From positions 682,001 to 746,000 of the forward strand of contig OZ024763.1 in the NCBI GenBank assembly GCA_964016885.1: DNA of 64,000 nucleotides, written 5' to 3'. The first letter of the stretch is position 1; the number at the start of each line of letters is the position of its first letter. Shown here one piece after another: positions 12,573 to 25,026 of this stretch. This DNA comes from Eledone cirrhosa (lineage: Eukaryota). A program made the position numbers and the translations under genes. The notes below the pieces were generated by a model that was given only the letters and a program-made list of their open reading frames with translations, did no database searches and was not told where the DNA came from.

Positions 12573-13624
12573 CAGGGTGTGAGAAAAAGAGACAGAGAGA
12601 GGGTGAGAAAAAGAGACAGTGTGAGAGATAGTGAGGGAGAGGATGAGAGAAACAGACAGAGAGGATGAGAGAAAGAGAGAGAGAGAGGCCAGGGATGAGA
12701 GATAGAGTGAGGGAGAGACGAGGGATGAGAGAAAGACAGAAAGGGTGAGACAGGGACCAAGAGGGAGAAAGGGTCAGAGAGACAGAGACCAAGAGAGAGA
12801 AAGGGTCAGAGAGAGAGAGAGAGAGAGAGAGACAGAATGAGAGAACAGCCAAGAGATGTGTTACCCTTGCATACAAGAGAAGTAGCCATATTCTTTTTGT
12901 GTAAAGTTTAAGTGTATTGGATCAATTCTGTTGATAATTAGTGTGTTGTGGGGTGAGAGTGGCATTAAATACCATAACAACTTGCCTGTCTACACAGTTA
13001 ATGTAAAAATGTGAGGTTATCACCTTCAATGACCCCTGCTGAGCTTGGAATGTAAACTCTTTCTTTAAATCAAGGCTTATGCATATATAATTTACCCTCA
13101 CACCCTGCTTTAGGTTTTGGAGTTTTTATATTAGTTTTTTAATACTTTTTATGTATTTTTTATATATTTTTTTAATTACTTTTTATACTTTATTTTACTT
13201 AATATATATATATTTATATAAACTTACTTTATGTATACGTATATGTATATTTACTTTTTATTTTGTAAAAGTTTTTAGCAAATGGTGGAAACTGCAGATT
13301 TGTATTATTATTAGTTTTATTGTTATTTCTTTGTAACTTAATCTGTGTGTTAAACAACAGTCTAGGTTTCTAGTCCCCAGTGTGGACTTTTGGAATTAGA
13401 TTCTTGGTGTTAACAACATCTGCCTGGGATTGTTGGTTGATTTTTTTTTCTATTGTTTTCTGTTTTGTCAGGGTTTGTTAGCACTGGGCAAACATTTGTA
13501 GTTGGTAGCCACTGTCAGCCAACTGGTCTGCAGTAGGTTGGCTATTTGGGGAAATTAATATATGCTTTCTTCATGGCTACTTTAAACTGTTTAGCTTACT
13601 ACTCTTAAAACCATCCTACTACCT

Positions 13625-14345
13625 ATCCTGTGGCAGTGGAGACTTCTGGTGTACTTGGTTCAAGGACTACCTCCCTGATCACCACCATTGGCACAGAGTT
13701 GGTTACCCATAGCTGTGGAGACTTCTGGTGTCCTTGGCCCTAGGGCTGCCTGGTGTACTTGGCCCTAGGACCACCTCCCTACTTACCACCAATGGCACAG
13801 AATTGGTTACCCCTAGCAGTGGAGACTTCTGGTGTCCTTGGCCCTAGGGCTGCCTTCCATACTCACCACCATTGGCACAGAGTTGGTTACCCATAGCTGT
13901 GGAGACTTCTGGTGTCCTTGACCCTAGAGCTGCCTGGTGTACTTGGCCCTAGGGTTGCCTTCCATACTCACCACCAATGGCACAGAATTGGCTACCCAGA
14001 GCAGTGGAGACTCGTGGTGTACTTGGCCCTAGGACCACCTCCCTACTTACCACCATTGGCACAGAGTTGGTTACCCCTAGCAGTGGAGGCTTCTGGTGTC
14101 CTTGGCCCTAGGGCTGCCTTCCATACTCACCACCAACCAATGGCACAGACAGAATTGGCTACCCAGAGCAGTGGAGACTCCTGGTGTACTTGGCCCTAGG
14201 ACCACCTCCCTACTTACCACCATTGGCACAGAGTTGGCTACCAATAGCAGTGGAGACTTCTGGTGTCTTTGGTTCAAGGGCTACCTCCCTACTTACCACC
14301 ATTGGCACATAGTTGGCTACCCAGAGCTGTGGACACTTCTGGTCT
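13625..14345. repeat. Diverged ~80-bp GC-richer tandem array (~9 units)
   Basis: Recurring gcagtggagacttctggtgt[a/c]cttggccctagg...accaccattggcacagagttggttaccc, with alternating subtypes. Confidence 0.9.
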
Positions 14346-14419
14346 TCCTCACCATCCTCTGGCGAAAAGCCTTCTCTATTCTGTCCACCAGAGCTGCCAG
14401 TCTGCTGGAGCTCATAATA

Positions 14420-14888
14420 GTGAGAGATGGGGAGAGCGGGGCAGACAGAGGCAGTGACAGTGGGAGTTTGGTTCCTTTGTGTTTGGACCTGGTGTATATG
14501 TGAGATTGGGAGAGCGGGGTAGACAGAGGCAGTGACAGTGGGAGTTTGGTTCCTTTGTGTTTGGACCTGGTGTATATGTGAGATTGGGAGAGCGGGGTAG
14601 ACAGAGGCAGTGACAGTGGGAGTTTGGTTCCTTTGTGTTTGGACCTGGTGTATATGTGAGATTGGGAGAGCGGGGTAGACAGAGGCAGTGATAGTGGGAG
14701 TTTGGTTCCTTTGTGTTTGGACCTGGTGTATATGTGAGATTGGGAGAGCGGGGTAGACAGAGGCAGTGACAGTGGGAGTTTGGTTCCTTTGTGTTTGGAC
14801 CTGGTGTATATGTGAGATGGGGAAAGCGAGAGATGGAGCAGTGACAGTGGGAGTTTGGTTCCTTTGTGTTTGGACCTGGTGTATATAT
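14420..14888. repeat. 78-bp minisatellite, 6 copies
   Basis: tgagattggg at 14501, 14579, 14657, 14735. Unit includes gacagtgggagtttggttcctttgtgtttggacctggtgtata. Confidence 0.95.
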
Positions 14889-15037
14889 GTAGGTTTCACA
14901 GACACACTCACACTGAGGCAATTTAGTTTGATATATAATGACACACACTGATGAACCACCTCGTGCCATCCAAGTCCATATAAGTAACACAAAATAAATT
15001 TCAGTAAATTCTTCCAAATTCTTTTTTTTTTTTTCTT

Positions 15038-15140
15038 TCGACAACCTCGAAAGGATGAAGGGTGAAGTTGACCTCGGTGGGATTTGAACTCAAGTGTGCA
15101 GAGAGTCAAAACAAATATTGCAAAGCATTCTATCCAAATC
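15038..15140 (-). mobile_element. Partial SINE family A
   Basis: tcgacaacctcgaaaggatgaagggtgaagttgacctcggtgggatttgaactc. Confidence 0.7.
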
Positions 15141-15369
15141 TCTTTGGTGCATCCTTGAAAAGTAGCGGAGGTGGTAGTGGCGGCGGCGGTGGTGGTGGTG
15201 GTGCAGTGTCATCCAGTGCCCCCTCCCCCTGGCAACATGGGTGGCTGGGTGTGATGATAGTGATGATCTTAACTGTTTTTCAGGAACTCTGCTGTTAATA
15301 TGTTGAAGGTGTGTGTGTGTGTGGGGGGGGGGGGGGGTTGTCCTTCATTTCTTTATGGTGGAATATATA

Positions 15370-15472
15370 CAGGGTCCCCCCCCAAAAAATCTATACACAC
15401 TTGGTTACCTGTACAGGCAATATTTATTAGAATGCTGTTGAAGTGTGTAATACATTTTTTTGGGGCACCCTG
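15370..15472. mobile_element. Tc1/mariner-like MITE with TA target-site duplication
   Basis: ta|cagggt...aaaaaatctatacacactt ... aagtgtgtaatacattttttt..gcaccctg|ta. TIRs are ~30 bp. Confidence 0.75.
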
Positions 15473-15749
15473 TATATTTACACCTGAGAGTCTGTTGAAG
15501 TGTCCATGTTGGAAATCTAGTTGACACATGTCAGTCGATATTTTGTGGGGCAGGGTGGTGGGGTGACAGTGTGTGTGTGTGGGAGGATAGAGGGTGTGGG
15601 AAAGAGAGTGTGTCTGTGTGTGTGTGGGAAAGAGAGACCATATGTGTGTGTTTGTAAATATTCTTTATTCCCAGGAAGTTGTATGTTCTGACAGCACCAC
15701 ATCTGTAGTGTCAGATCTGACATCAATGGCTGTGTGGTGTCTACCGATA

Positions 15750-15949
15750 TTGGGGTGGTGCCACAATGAAATACACCCAGTACACTCTGTAAAGTGGTTG
15801 GTGGTGTCCAGCTGTAGAAAACTTGTGAAAGAAAAAGTCAAGCTTACCCCTCACTCGTGTCAAGGACATGGCCAGTGTGATATCTACTTTACCACCACTA
15901 CCACCACCATAACTATTACTACTACAACTACTACTACTACTACTACTAT

Positions 15950-15981
<32 letters not shown>

Positions 15982-16590
15982 TTACCACCACCACCACCAC
16001 CACTACTACTACTACTACTACATTATTGTTGCTGCCACAATAATATACACCTAGTACACTCTGTAAAGTGGTTGGCGGTGTCAAGCTGTAGACATCTTGC
16101 CAAACAAAAGGTCAAGGTGACCTTTCAGTTGTGTCAAGGACATGATAACTGATCTAATATTGGTGCCACAATAAAATGCATCCAGTACACTCTGTAAAAT
16201 GGTTGCTGATAGAAAGCTGTAGATAACTTGCCAAAGAAAGGGTCAATTTGACTTCTCTGTTGGGTCAAAGACATGGTATCTTCCCTAGTATTGGTTCTAT
16301 AATAAAATGCACCCAGTACACTCTGTAAAGAAAATTTTCCAAATGAAGAGTTGGAAGGACTCTTCTGTTGTGTCAAAGACATTGTGTCCTCGATAATAAA
16401 ATGCACCCAGTACACTCTGTAAAGTGGTTGGCGGTATCCAGCTTTAGAAAACTTGCCAAATGAAGAGTTGGAAAGACTCTTCTGTTGTGTCAAAGACATG
16501 GTGTCCTCCATAATAAAATGCACCCAGTACACTCTGTAAAGTGGTTGCTGATAGGAATGGTATCCAAGTTTAGAAAACTTGCTAACACAA
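15750..16590 (+). repeat. Degenerate tandem amplification (~6 units, ~120-130 bp) of the SINE family B 3' region
   Basis: Repeated aaatgcacccagtacactctgtaaagtggttgg..ccagct[g/t]tagaaa matches the SINE B segment aagcacccagcactcactgtaaatgaggttggtgttaggaagggcatccagctgtagaaa at 19435-19495. Confidence 0.7.
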
Positions 16591-17734
16591 AGGATTGCGA
16601 GGACCTCTGAGTTCTGTGAAAGACATAAGAGGGGGGTGGGGGTTATTATGTTATGGTAGTGGTACATGGGAGTGAGGAGGGTGTATTGTGTTACCAGGGT
16701 GACCCATATAAGGGGGGGTATTGTGTTAAGGTGGTGGCACATCAGAGAGGGGGTTAGTGTCATGGTATAGGGTTAGGGTGGGACGTGTCTGTGTGAAGGA
16801 GGAGGGGGGGCATTGAGGTATGGTGGTGATTCGTGTGGAGGTGAGGGGTATTACTAGGGTGTTCCATATGAAAGGGATATTGTGTTATGGTATAGGGGTG
16901 GCACAGGGGGTCAGTTATTGTTCTGTTATGAAGGTGTCACATGAGTGAGAGGTGAGAGCCATATTGTCTTGGTATTGTGCTGCCACAGACTCTACTGTTG
17001 CCATGGTGACTGACACAAAAAAAAATGATGCAGTTTTTTTTTTGTCTTTGAACAAATCTTGTATCTCTGACTTTTGGAACTTAATACAACTCTCTCTCTC
17101 TCTTTCTTTCTTCTCTCTCTGTCTCTCTCTCATCTCTTTCTTCTTCATCTCTCTGTCTCTCTCTCTCTCTTCTCTCTCTTCTCTCTCTTCTCTCTCTTTC
17201 TTTCTTCTCTCTTTCTTTCTTTCTTCTCTCTCTCTGTCTTCTCTCTCTCTCTCTCTCTGTCTCTCTCTCATCTCTTTCTTCTTCATCTCTCTGTCTCTCT
17301 CTCTCTCTTTTCTCTCTTTCTTTCTTTTCTCTTTCTTCTCCCCCCTCTCTTTTCTATCGTTATCTCTCTCTGTCTCTCTCACTTTTCTCTCTCTCTTTCT
17401 TTTCTCTTTCTCCCCCCCCCCTATCTTTTCTATCTTTATCTCTCTCTCTCTCTCTGCTCTTCCTCTCTCTTTCTCTGTTCTTTCTCTTCTCTTTCTCCCT
17501 TCTCTCCATCTCTCCCCCTTTTCTCTGTCACTGTCTTTCTCTCCCTTCCTCCTTCCTCTATCTCCTCCTCTCTTTGTATTGTTGGTTCACATGACACTGT
17601 TACCACGACAACAAATAACACCACAGCAGTGTAGGGAGTGGGAGGAGGGTGTATATGTTGCTCTGCCGGCCCACCCGACCGCCATATTGAAGTGACCTTA
17701 ATTACAGTAATGTGGATTGGAATGTATTGCAGTA

Positions 17735-18265
17735 GCTGGTGGTGGTGGTGGTGGTGGTGGTGGTGGTGGTGGTTGTAGTTATAGTGGTGGTGATGGTGGT
17801 GGTGGTGGTTATAGTGGTGGTGATGGTGGTGGTGGTTGTAGTTATAGTGGTGGTGGTGGTGGTGTTGATGGTGGTGGTTGTAGTTATAGTGGTGGTGATG
17901 GTGGTGGTTGTAGTTATAGTGGTGGTGGTGGTGGTGGTGTTGATGGTGGTGGTTGTAGTTATAGTGGTGGTGATGGTGGTGGTGGTGGTGGTGGTGTTGA
18001 TGGTGGTGGTTGTAGTTATAGTGGTGGTGATGGTGGTGGTTGTAGTTATAGTGGTTGTGGTTGTAGTTATAGTGGTTGTGGTGGTTATAGTGGTTGTGGT
18101 GGTGGTGGTGGTTATAGTGGTTGTGGTGATAGTGGTGGTTGTAGTGATAGTGGTGGTAGTAGTGGTAGTGGTAGTTATAGTGGTTGTGGTGGTTGTAGTG
18201 ATAGTGGTGGTTGTTGTGGTGGTGGTGGTGGTGGTTGTTGTAGTGATCGTGGTGGTGGTGGTGAA
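17735..18265. repeat. (GGT)n-based degenerate trinucleotide array with tgtagttatagt inserts
   Basis: Directly visible. Confidence 0.95.
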
Positions 18266-18351
18266 ATATGTATAACGGAGTTTTATATAAACCCGAATCA
18301 ATTGAATATGGCCTCCAATCTTTTTATATATATATATTTATATACATATAT

Positions 18352-18615
18352 ATCATCATCATCATCACCGTTTTACGTCCGTTCTTCCATGCTAGCATGG
18401 GTTAGACGGGTTGTCCTGTTGTGGGCAGTGTCTGGTCGGCTGACCTTGTCTTGCTCATACAGGAACTGATTCTGGCTTGATTTCTACAGCTGGATGCCCT
18501 TCCTAACACCGACCTCATTTACAGTGAGTGCTGGGTGCCTTTTTCCGTGGTGCTTACACATCCACTTTACAGTGTGGGCTGGGTGCTTTTTTGCCGTGGC
18601 GCCTCCACGACCACC
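18352..18615 (-). mobile_element. 3' portion of a SINE family B-related element
   Basis: (atc)n tail, ttttacgtccgttcttccatgctagcatggg, and ctggcttgatttctacagctggatgcccttcctaacacc. Confidence 0.85.
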
Positions 18616-18681
<66 letters not shown>

Positions 18682-18898
18682 TTAACCCTTTAACATTTTC
18701 ATTACTCTATATATACTATTATATTTACATGGTAAAGGATTTATCTCACATAATATTGAATGTCTGAGATTTTGATATTATTTATTTTGAGAACAATACC
18801 TTAACATCAGTATGAGTGGCTAGTTACAGCTGGTTTGAACAGAAAGAGGTGAGAGAATTCTGGCAGGATATGGCTGGTTTAAATGCTAAAGGGTTGAT
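18682..18898. mobile_element. piggyBac-like (TTAA) MITE, ~215 bp
   Basis: ttaa|ccctttaacattt ... aaatgctaaaggg|ttga: TIRs with a TTAA-type target site. Confidence 0.7.
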
Positions 18899-18988
18899 AT
18901 AGGAATGGCTCCTACAGGACTAGAACTGTTTCATTGTGGTTACCCCTAATTGAACCCAGGACATATACACACACACATATAAGTATAT

Positions 18989-19035
<47 letters not shown>

Positions 19036-19036
<1 letters not shown>

Positions 19037-19150
19037 AGGATGGTGTTAGGAAGGGCATCCAGCTGTAGAAATCAAGCCAGCATCAGTTCCTGTCCCACCC
19101 TTGCAAGCAGGGAAAAAGCGGACGTAAAATGAAATGAAATGTAATGATGA
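19036..19150 (+). mobile_element. 5'-truncated SINE family B (3' tail only)
   Basis: ggtgttaggaagggcatccagctgtagaaatcaagccag...gcggacgtaaaatgaaatg, between (TA)n runs. Confidence 0.85.
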
Positions 19151-19227
19151 TATATATATATATAGTGAAAAATGGAACAGGAACAAAGCAGAGAGGCAGT
19201 ACAAACAAAGGTTTTATATATATATAT

Positions 19228-19572
19228 GGAGGCACATGGCTTAGTGGTTAGAGCATTGGCCTTGCAATCGAAAGGTTGTGAGTTCAATTCTCAGACCGGG
19301 TGATGTGTTGTTTCCTTGAGCAAGACACTTTATTTCACATTGCTCCAGTTTACTCAGCTGTAGAAATGAGATGATAGGGACTGGGGTCCATATCATTCCA
19401 CTGCAAAGTGGTCGTGGAGGTGCCACGGGGAAAAAAGCACCCAGCACTCACTGTAAATGAGGTTGGTGTTAGGAAGGGCATCCAGCTGTAGAAATCAAGC
19501 CAGAATCAGTTCCCGTCCCACCCTTGCAAACAGGGAAAAGCAGACGTATGATGATGATGATGATGATGATGA
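19228..19572 (+). mobile_element. Full-length tRNA-derived SINE family B
   Basis: A box tggcttagtgg, B box gagttcaattc, central ccttgagcaagacactttatttcacattgctccag, 3' aggaagggcatccagctgtagaaa and (atg)n tail. (TA)n on both sides. Confidence 0.92.
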
Positions 19573-19998
19573 TATATATATATATATATATACATTAGTA
19601 GAACACTGGAGGGTTATATCCGTAGTGGTAGAGCACTCAGTCCATGGGATGAGTTTGGTTACGACCGAGCTGAGGATCGGGATAAGGTGAAAAAATTGTT
19701 CTGGGTATGGTGAACTAACTGTTGTGGAACTCCTCTTTCTCTCTCTATATATATATATATTATCATCCTTCTATGTTGTTTACTTGTCTCACTCGCTTTA
19801 CGCGATTTACTTGTCCCAATAGCTTTATTTAGTTATTGCTCGCACCAACCTGAGGTATATGATTTTTAATGCGATGAAATATCAATGATGGTTGGCAAAT
19901 CATTGACGAAGGACTATTTTTATCATATGTAACCCATGTGCAACCACGCAGTATTCTTCTTTCTTCTCATGTCTTTTATATATATATATATATATATA

Positions 19999-20205
19999 AC
20001 GAAGGAGTTGTGGTAAGGAACCAGATGGGCCATAACGCACCAGAGTACTCAATACTTAGGGTAGTAGAGTGGGTAATAGGAGAAAGTATGACCCCGGCGG
20101 CAGAGCTCAAGTCGTTTCGACGGCTATTTCTGGACTAAAGTGACTTTAGTCCAGAAATAGCCGTCGAAACGGCTTGAGCTCTGCCGTCAGGGTCATACTT
20201 TCTCC
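19999..20205. mobile_element. Dispersed ~205-bp element ending in a long fold-back palindrome (copy 2)
   Basis: 63-bp arms 20079-20141 and 20143-20205 around a 1-nt centre (ctggactaaagt-g-actttagtccag). Homologous to 10137-10341. Confidence 0.8.
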
Positions 20206-21204
20206 CATATATATATATATATATTTACATGTACACACTCAAAACAATCAAAATTGACTTTTTGTTTCTCTTCTAAGTAACCAACTGTTATATCCTCTAA
20301 TTACTTCTGGCTGTCTTGAAAGGATGTGGTTGAAGTTGTAAATACTAACCTCTGCCATAACTCCATCATACCATTCACACCATCACCATCTCACCACCCA
20401 CACCACCACACCTTCCTCACCATCATACCACCCACACTTTCCACACCATTCTCACCACACCATCCTCACTATCCTACCATTCTCTAGATTCTCTTCAATT
20501 ATATTTAGACATGACCTCTGATCCTTCACCAATCTTGCTTGTCTCTGTGTGTGTGTGTGTGATTGTCAGTTTGTCTGTGTGTTTCTCTGTGTTTGTATGT
20601 ATGTATGTGTGTGTGTTTGTCTGTCAGTCTGTGTGTCTGTTTATGAGTCTGGGTGTTTCATTTTATGTGTGTGTCTGTGTTTGTATGTGTGAGTATGTGT
20701 CTGTATGTCTGTCTATGTGTGTCTCTGTATGTCTATGTGTTTATGTGTGCCAGTCTGTGTGTGTCTGTGTTTGTCTGTCTCTGTATGTGTGCGTATCTGT
20801 CTGTCTCTGTATGTGTGCGTATCTGTCTGTCTCTGTATGTGTGCGTATCTGTCTGTCTGTCTCTGTCTGTCTATGTGTTTATGTGTACCTGTCTGTGTGT
20901 GTCTGTGTTTGTGTGTCTGTCTATATGTGTACCTCTCTGTATGTATGTGTGTGTGTGTGTGTGGTCCTTTGTTTTTGTTAGTGTTTTTATTTGTATTCAA
21001 CTTCAGGTCACCTCACATATTGTAAAATCTGCCCTCATTTAGCTTAGATGTCATAACTTTTGTTTTAAAAGGTCACACCACCACCACCACCACCACCACC
21101 ACCACCACCACCACCACCACTACTATTACTACTACTACTACTACTACTACTACTAGTAGTAGTAGCGTCTGTCATTTAACAGTACTGCTTGTTTATATAT
21201 ATTA

Positions 21205-21865
21205 TTCTCTCTCTCTCTCTATGCCACTCTCTCACCCTCTCTATATATCTATCCCACTCTCTCATCCTCTCTATATATCTATCCCACTCTCACCCTCTCT
21301 ATATATTTATCCTACTCTCACCCTCTCTATATATCTATCCTACTCTCACCCTCTCTATATATCTATCCTACTCTCACTCTCTCACCCTCTCTATATATCT
21401 ATCCCACTCTCACCCGCTCTATGCCACTCTCTCACCCTCTCTATGCCACTCTCTCACCCTCTCTATGCCACTCTCTCATCTTCTCTATGCCACTCTCACC
21501 CTCTCTATCCCACTCTCTCACCCTCTCTATATCTCTATCCCACTCTCTCACCCTCTCTATATCTCTATCCCACTCTCTCACCCTCTCTATGCCACTCTCT
21601 CATCTTCTCTATCCCACTCTCACCCTCTCTATCCCACTCTCTCACCCTCTCTATATCTCTATCCCACTCTCTCACCCTCTCTATATATCTATCCCACTCT
21701 CACCCTCTCTATGCCACTCTCTCATCTTCTCTATCCCACTCTCACCCTCTCTATCCCACTCTCTCACCCTCTCTATATCTCTATCCCACTCTCTCACCCT
21801 CTCTATATCTCTATCCCACTCTCTCACCCTCTCTATCCCACTCTCTCACCCTCTCTATATCTCTA
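21205..21865. repeat. Pyrimidine-rich ~32-bp degenerate minisatellite (ctctcaccctctctatatctctatcccact)
   Basis: Directly visible. Confidence 0.9.
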
Positions 21866-22419
21866 TGGAAGACACTCTGTCTCCTGTGATTTTCAAAAAC
21901 TTTTTGAAATTAATCAAGAATTTAGAGGCTCGGCTGCTTCCTCTTTACACCGGGATCGCCATCAAGACCCCCGGTGGACCTGGACCCCGTACTGGCGAGC
22001 TCTTCCGCAAGATCTGAATATCAGCAGTCCCTCTGAGGAAAGGGCCCTGAGAGGTGGGATGGCTGTTGTAGCGGGTGTCACTGGCCATTATCTGCGGAGC
22101 GCAGCCCCAATACTGCCATGCCCTAGGCCTAGAACTCATCACCTTCCCTCTTCTGCCTCCCATTCTTCTATGATCCCAGAGCCCTTGCTTTTCCCTAAAT
22201 TTTCCGGAGGGTGGGTGGTGGTGGTTAAATATCTGTAGTGTTGTTATTTGAAATAGATTTGTTTATGATTGTTTTTGATTTTCATTAATATAAAACATAT
22301 TTAGCTGTTAAGTAAAATAAGTAACTTTCTCATTATTAAGGTGGTGTTTGGAACATAGCTTGACAAAGGTTCACACATAGAATTGTGATTGAAGGTTTTT
22401 AGATAAATATAAATATGTT

Positions 22420-23265
22420 CATCCTTTCACTACCATATTTCTAATGAAAGACTGTCTATGTCATTAACCTTTTCACTACCATATTTCTAATGAAAGACAC
22501 TGCCTAACCCTTTCACTACCATATCTCTAATGAAAGACACTGGTCTATGACATTAACCCTTTCATTACCATATTTCTAATGAAAGACACTGTCTATGACA
22601 TTAACCCTTTCATTACCATATCTCTAATGAAAGACACTGTCTATGTCATTAACCCTTTCATTACCATATTTCTAATGAAAGACACTGTCTATGACATTAA
22701 CCCTTTCATTACCATATCTCTAATGAAAGACACTGTCTATGTCATTAACCCTTTTATTACCATATTTCTAATGAAAGCCACTGTCTATGTCATTAACCCT
22801 TTCATTACCATATTTCTAATGAAAGACACTGTCTATGTCATTAACCCTTTCATTACCATATTTCTAATGAAAGACACTGTCTATGTCACTAACCCTTTCA
22901 TTACCATATCTCTAATGAAAGACACTGTCTATGTCATTAACCCTTTCATTACCATATCTCTAATGAAAGACACTGTCTATGTCATTAACCCTTTCATTAC
23001 CATATCTCTAATGAAAGACACTGTCTATGTCATTAACCCTTTCATTACCATATCTCTAATGAAAGACACTGTCTATGTCATTAACCCTTTCATTACCATA
23101 TCTCTAATGAAAGACACTGTCTATGTCATTAACCCTTTCATTACCATATCTCTAATGAAAGACACTGTCTATGTCATTAACCCTTTCATTACCATATCTC
23201 TAATGAAAGACACTGTCTATGTCATTAACCCTTTCATTACCATATCTCTAATGAAAGACACTGTC
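22420..23265 (+). repeat. 48-bp tandem array (~17 copies) derived from a TTAA/piggyBac-like MITE terminus
   Basis: Unit ttaaccctttcattaccatat[c/t]tctaatgaaagacactgtctatgtca. MITE-interior-like sequence lies at 22300-22415 and is similar to 43850-44070. Confidence 0.9.
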
Positions 23266-23644
23266 GATGGTTTTGCAAGTAATCAAGAATTTGGAGGTAT
23301 TTAGTAATATATCTAATAAAGATACTATAAACATTTGAATTAACAACCCATTGATGTATATGAGACCGTGCTAGGTTAATGAAGAAGTTATTCTCGACAT
23401 CCAACCAAACTGAGAACACGGTACAATGCACTGTTATCTTGTATAGTAATACTATCCTTGTTATTACCACATGAACCGATGTTTTACTAGATACAGATAG
23501 TAAAAAAAAAAAATAACTATCTGTTTTCTTCTCCTGTAAACTGGTCTGTTTATATAGCTATCTGATAGCTTGTAATGAAGTAGTTTCGTTTTTAACATTG
23601 CCATATGATACCTATAGGCAGAAAATTGGTTCAGCTGTTGGAAC

Positions 23645-23980
23645 AATGGATAGAATATCTTGTGATACTTGGTTCCGGTTCTCTGCTATCCAAGTTCAAA
23701 ATCTGTGAAGGTGAACTTTGCCTTTTCATACTTATCATATTTTAGAGATTGATAAAAAAAAAAAAAAATACCAGTCAAGTACTGGGGTCGATTCTTCTTC
23801 TTCTATATATCTCCCTCACTCTCTATCCTCTATATCTGATAACATTCGATAGAATACCTTGCGACATATATTCCGGTACTCTGCTCTCCAAGCTCAAAAT
23901 CTGCCGAGGTAAACTTTACCTTTCATAATTTAGAGATTGATAAAAACGAAAGTACCAGTCAAGTACTGGGGTCAATTCTT
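23645..23980 (+). mobile_element. Two old diverged SINE family A copies
   Basis: aagttcaaaatctg..aggtgaactttgccttt ... taccagtcaagtactggggtc, present twice. Confidence 0.65.
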
Positions 23981-24146
23981 GCTCTATATATCTTTCTCAC
24001 TCTCTGTCACTCTCTATCCTTCTCTAGTATAGTTCCACTCCTGTTGTGTGGTATATAGAGCTAATCAAAGAGGACGTGATGTCATATTATGTGAGATCTC
24101 TACTGACTCAAAAAACCCTCCAACTTCTTCATCTTGGCTAACTTTT

Positions 24147-24179
24147 CATGATGATGATGATGATGATAGCAACAGTAGC

Positions 24180-24216
<37 letters not shown>

Positions 24217-24288
24217 ACAGTGGTAGTAGTAGTAGTAGTAACAGTGGTAGTAGCAGTAGTAGTAGTAGTAGTAGTAGTAGTAACAGTG

Positions 24289-24321
<33 letters not shown>

Positions 24322-24393
24322 ACAGTGGTAGTAGTAGTAGTAGTAACAGTGGTAGTAGCAGTAGTAGTAGTAGTAGTAGTAGTAGTAACAGTG

Positions 24394-24426
<33 letters not shown>

Positions 24427-24955
24427 ACAGTGGTAGTAGTAGTAGTAACAGTAGTAGTAGTAGTAGTAGTAAGAGTAGCAGTAGTAACAGTAGTAGTAGT
24501 AGTAGTAGAAGTAAGAGTAGTAGTAGTAAGAGTAGTAGTAGTAGTAGTAGTAAGAGTAGTAGTAGTAACAGTAGTAATAGTAACAGTAGTAGTAGTAGTA
24601 GTAGTAGTAACAGTAGTAGTAGTAGTAATAACAGTAGTAGTAGTAGTAGTAGTAATAGTGGTAGTAGTAGTAGTAACAGTAGTAGTAGTAGTAGTAGTAG
24701 TAATAACAGTAGTAGTAGTAACAGTAGCAGCAGTAGTAGTAGTAGTAGTAATAACAGTAGTAGTAGTAACAGTAGCAGCAGTAGTAGTAGTAGTAGTAGT
24801 AACAGTAGTAGTAGTAGTAGTAGTAGTAATAACAGTAGTAGTAGTAACAGTAGCAGCAGTAGTAGTAGTAGTAGTAGTAGTAATAGTGGTAGTAGTAGTA
24901 GTAGTAACAGTAGTAGCAGCAGTAGTAGTAGTAGTAGTAACAGTAGTAGTAGTGA
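24147..24955. repeat. (AGT)n-based trinucleotide array
   Basis: Directly visible. Confidence 0.97.
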
Positions 24956-25026
24956 TATATAATATATATTGTATTTGTTCTCCATTCTGGAAGGAAAAAT
25001 CTTTTCTCTCTCCGGTCATGGTATTG

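Noticed and set aside
19228-19300. tRNA gene
   Set aside because: It has A/B boxes but no good acceptor stem and continues into a SINE body present in several copies, so it is a SINE head.
22020-22070. Hammerhead ribozyme-like ctgagga...gaga
   Set aside because: No GAAA core and no stem III; it is a simple hairpin. Similar partial motifs at ~10555 (ctgatgag), ~19850 and ~45145 (ctgacga) also lack a complete fold.
22579-23304. 241-aa ORF of 16-aa repeats (MKDTVYVINPFITISL)
   Set aside because: Translation of the 48-bp MITE-terminus array.
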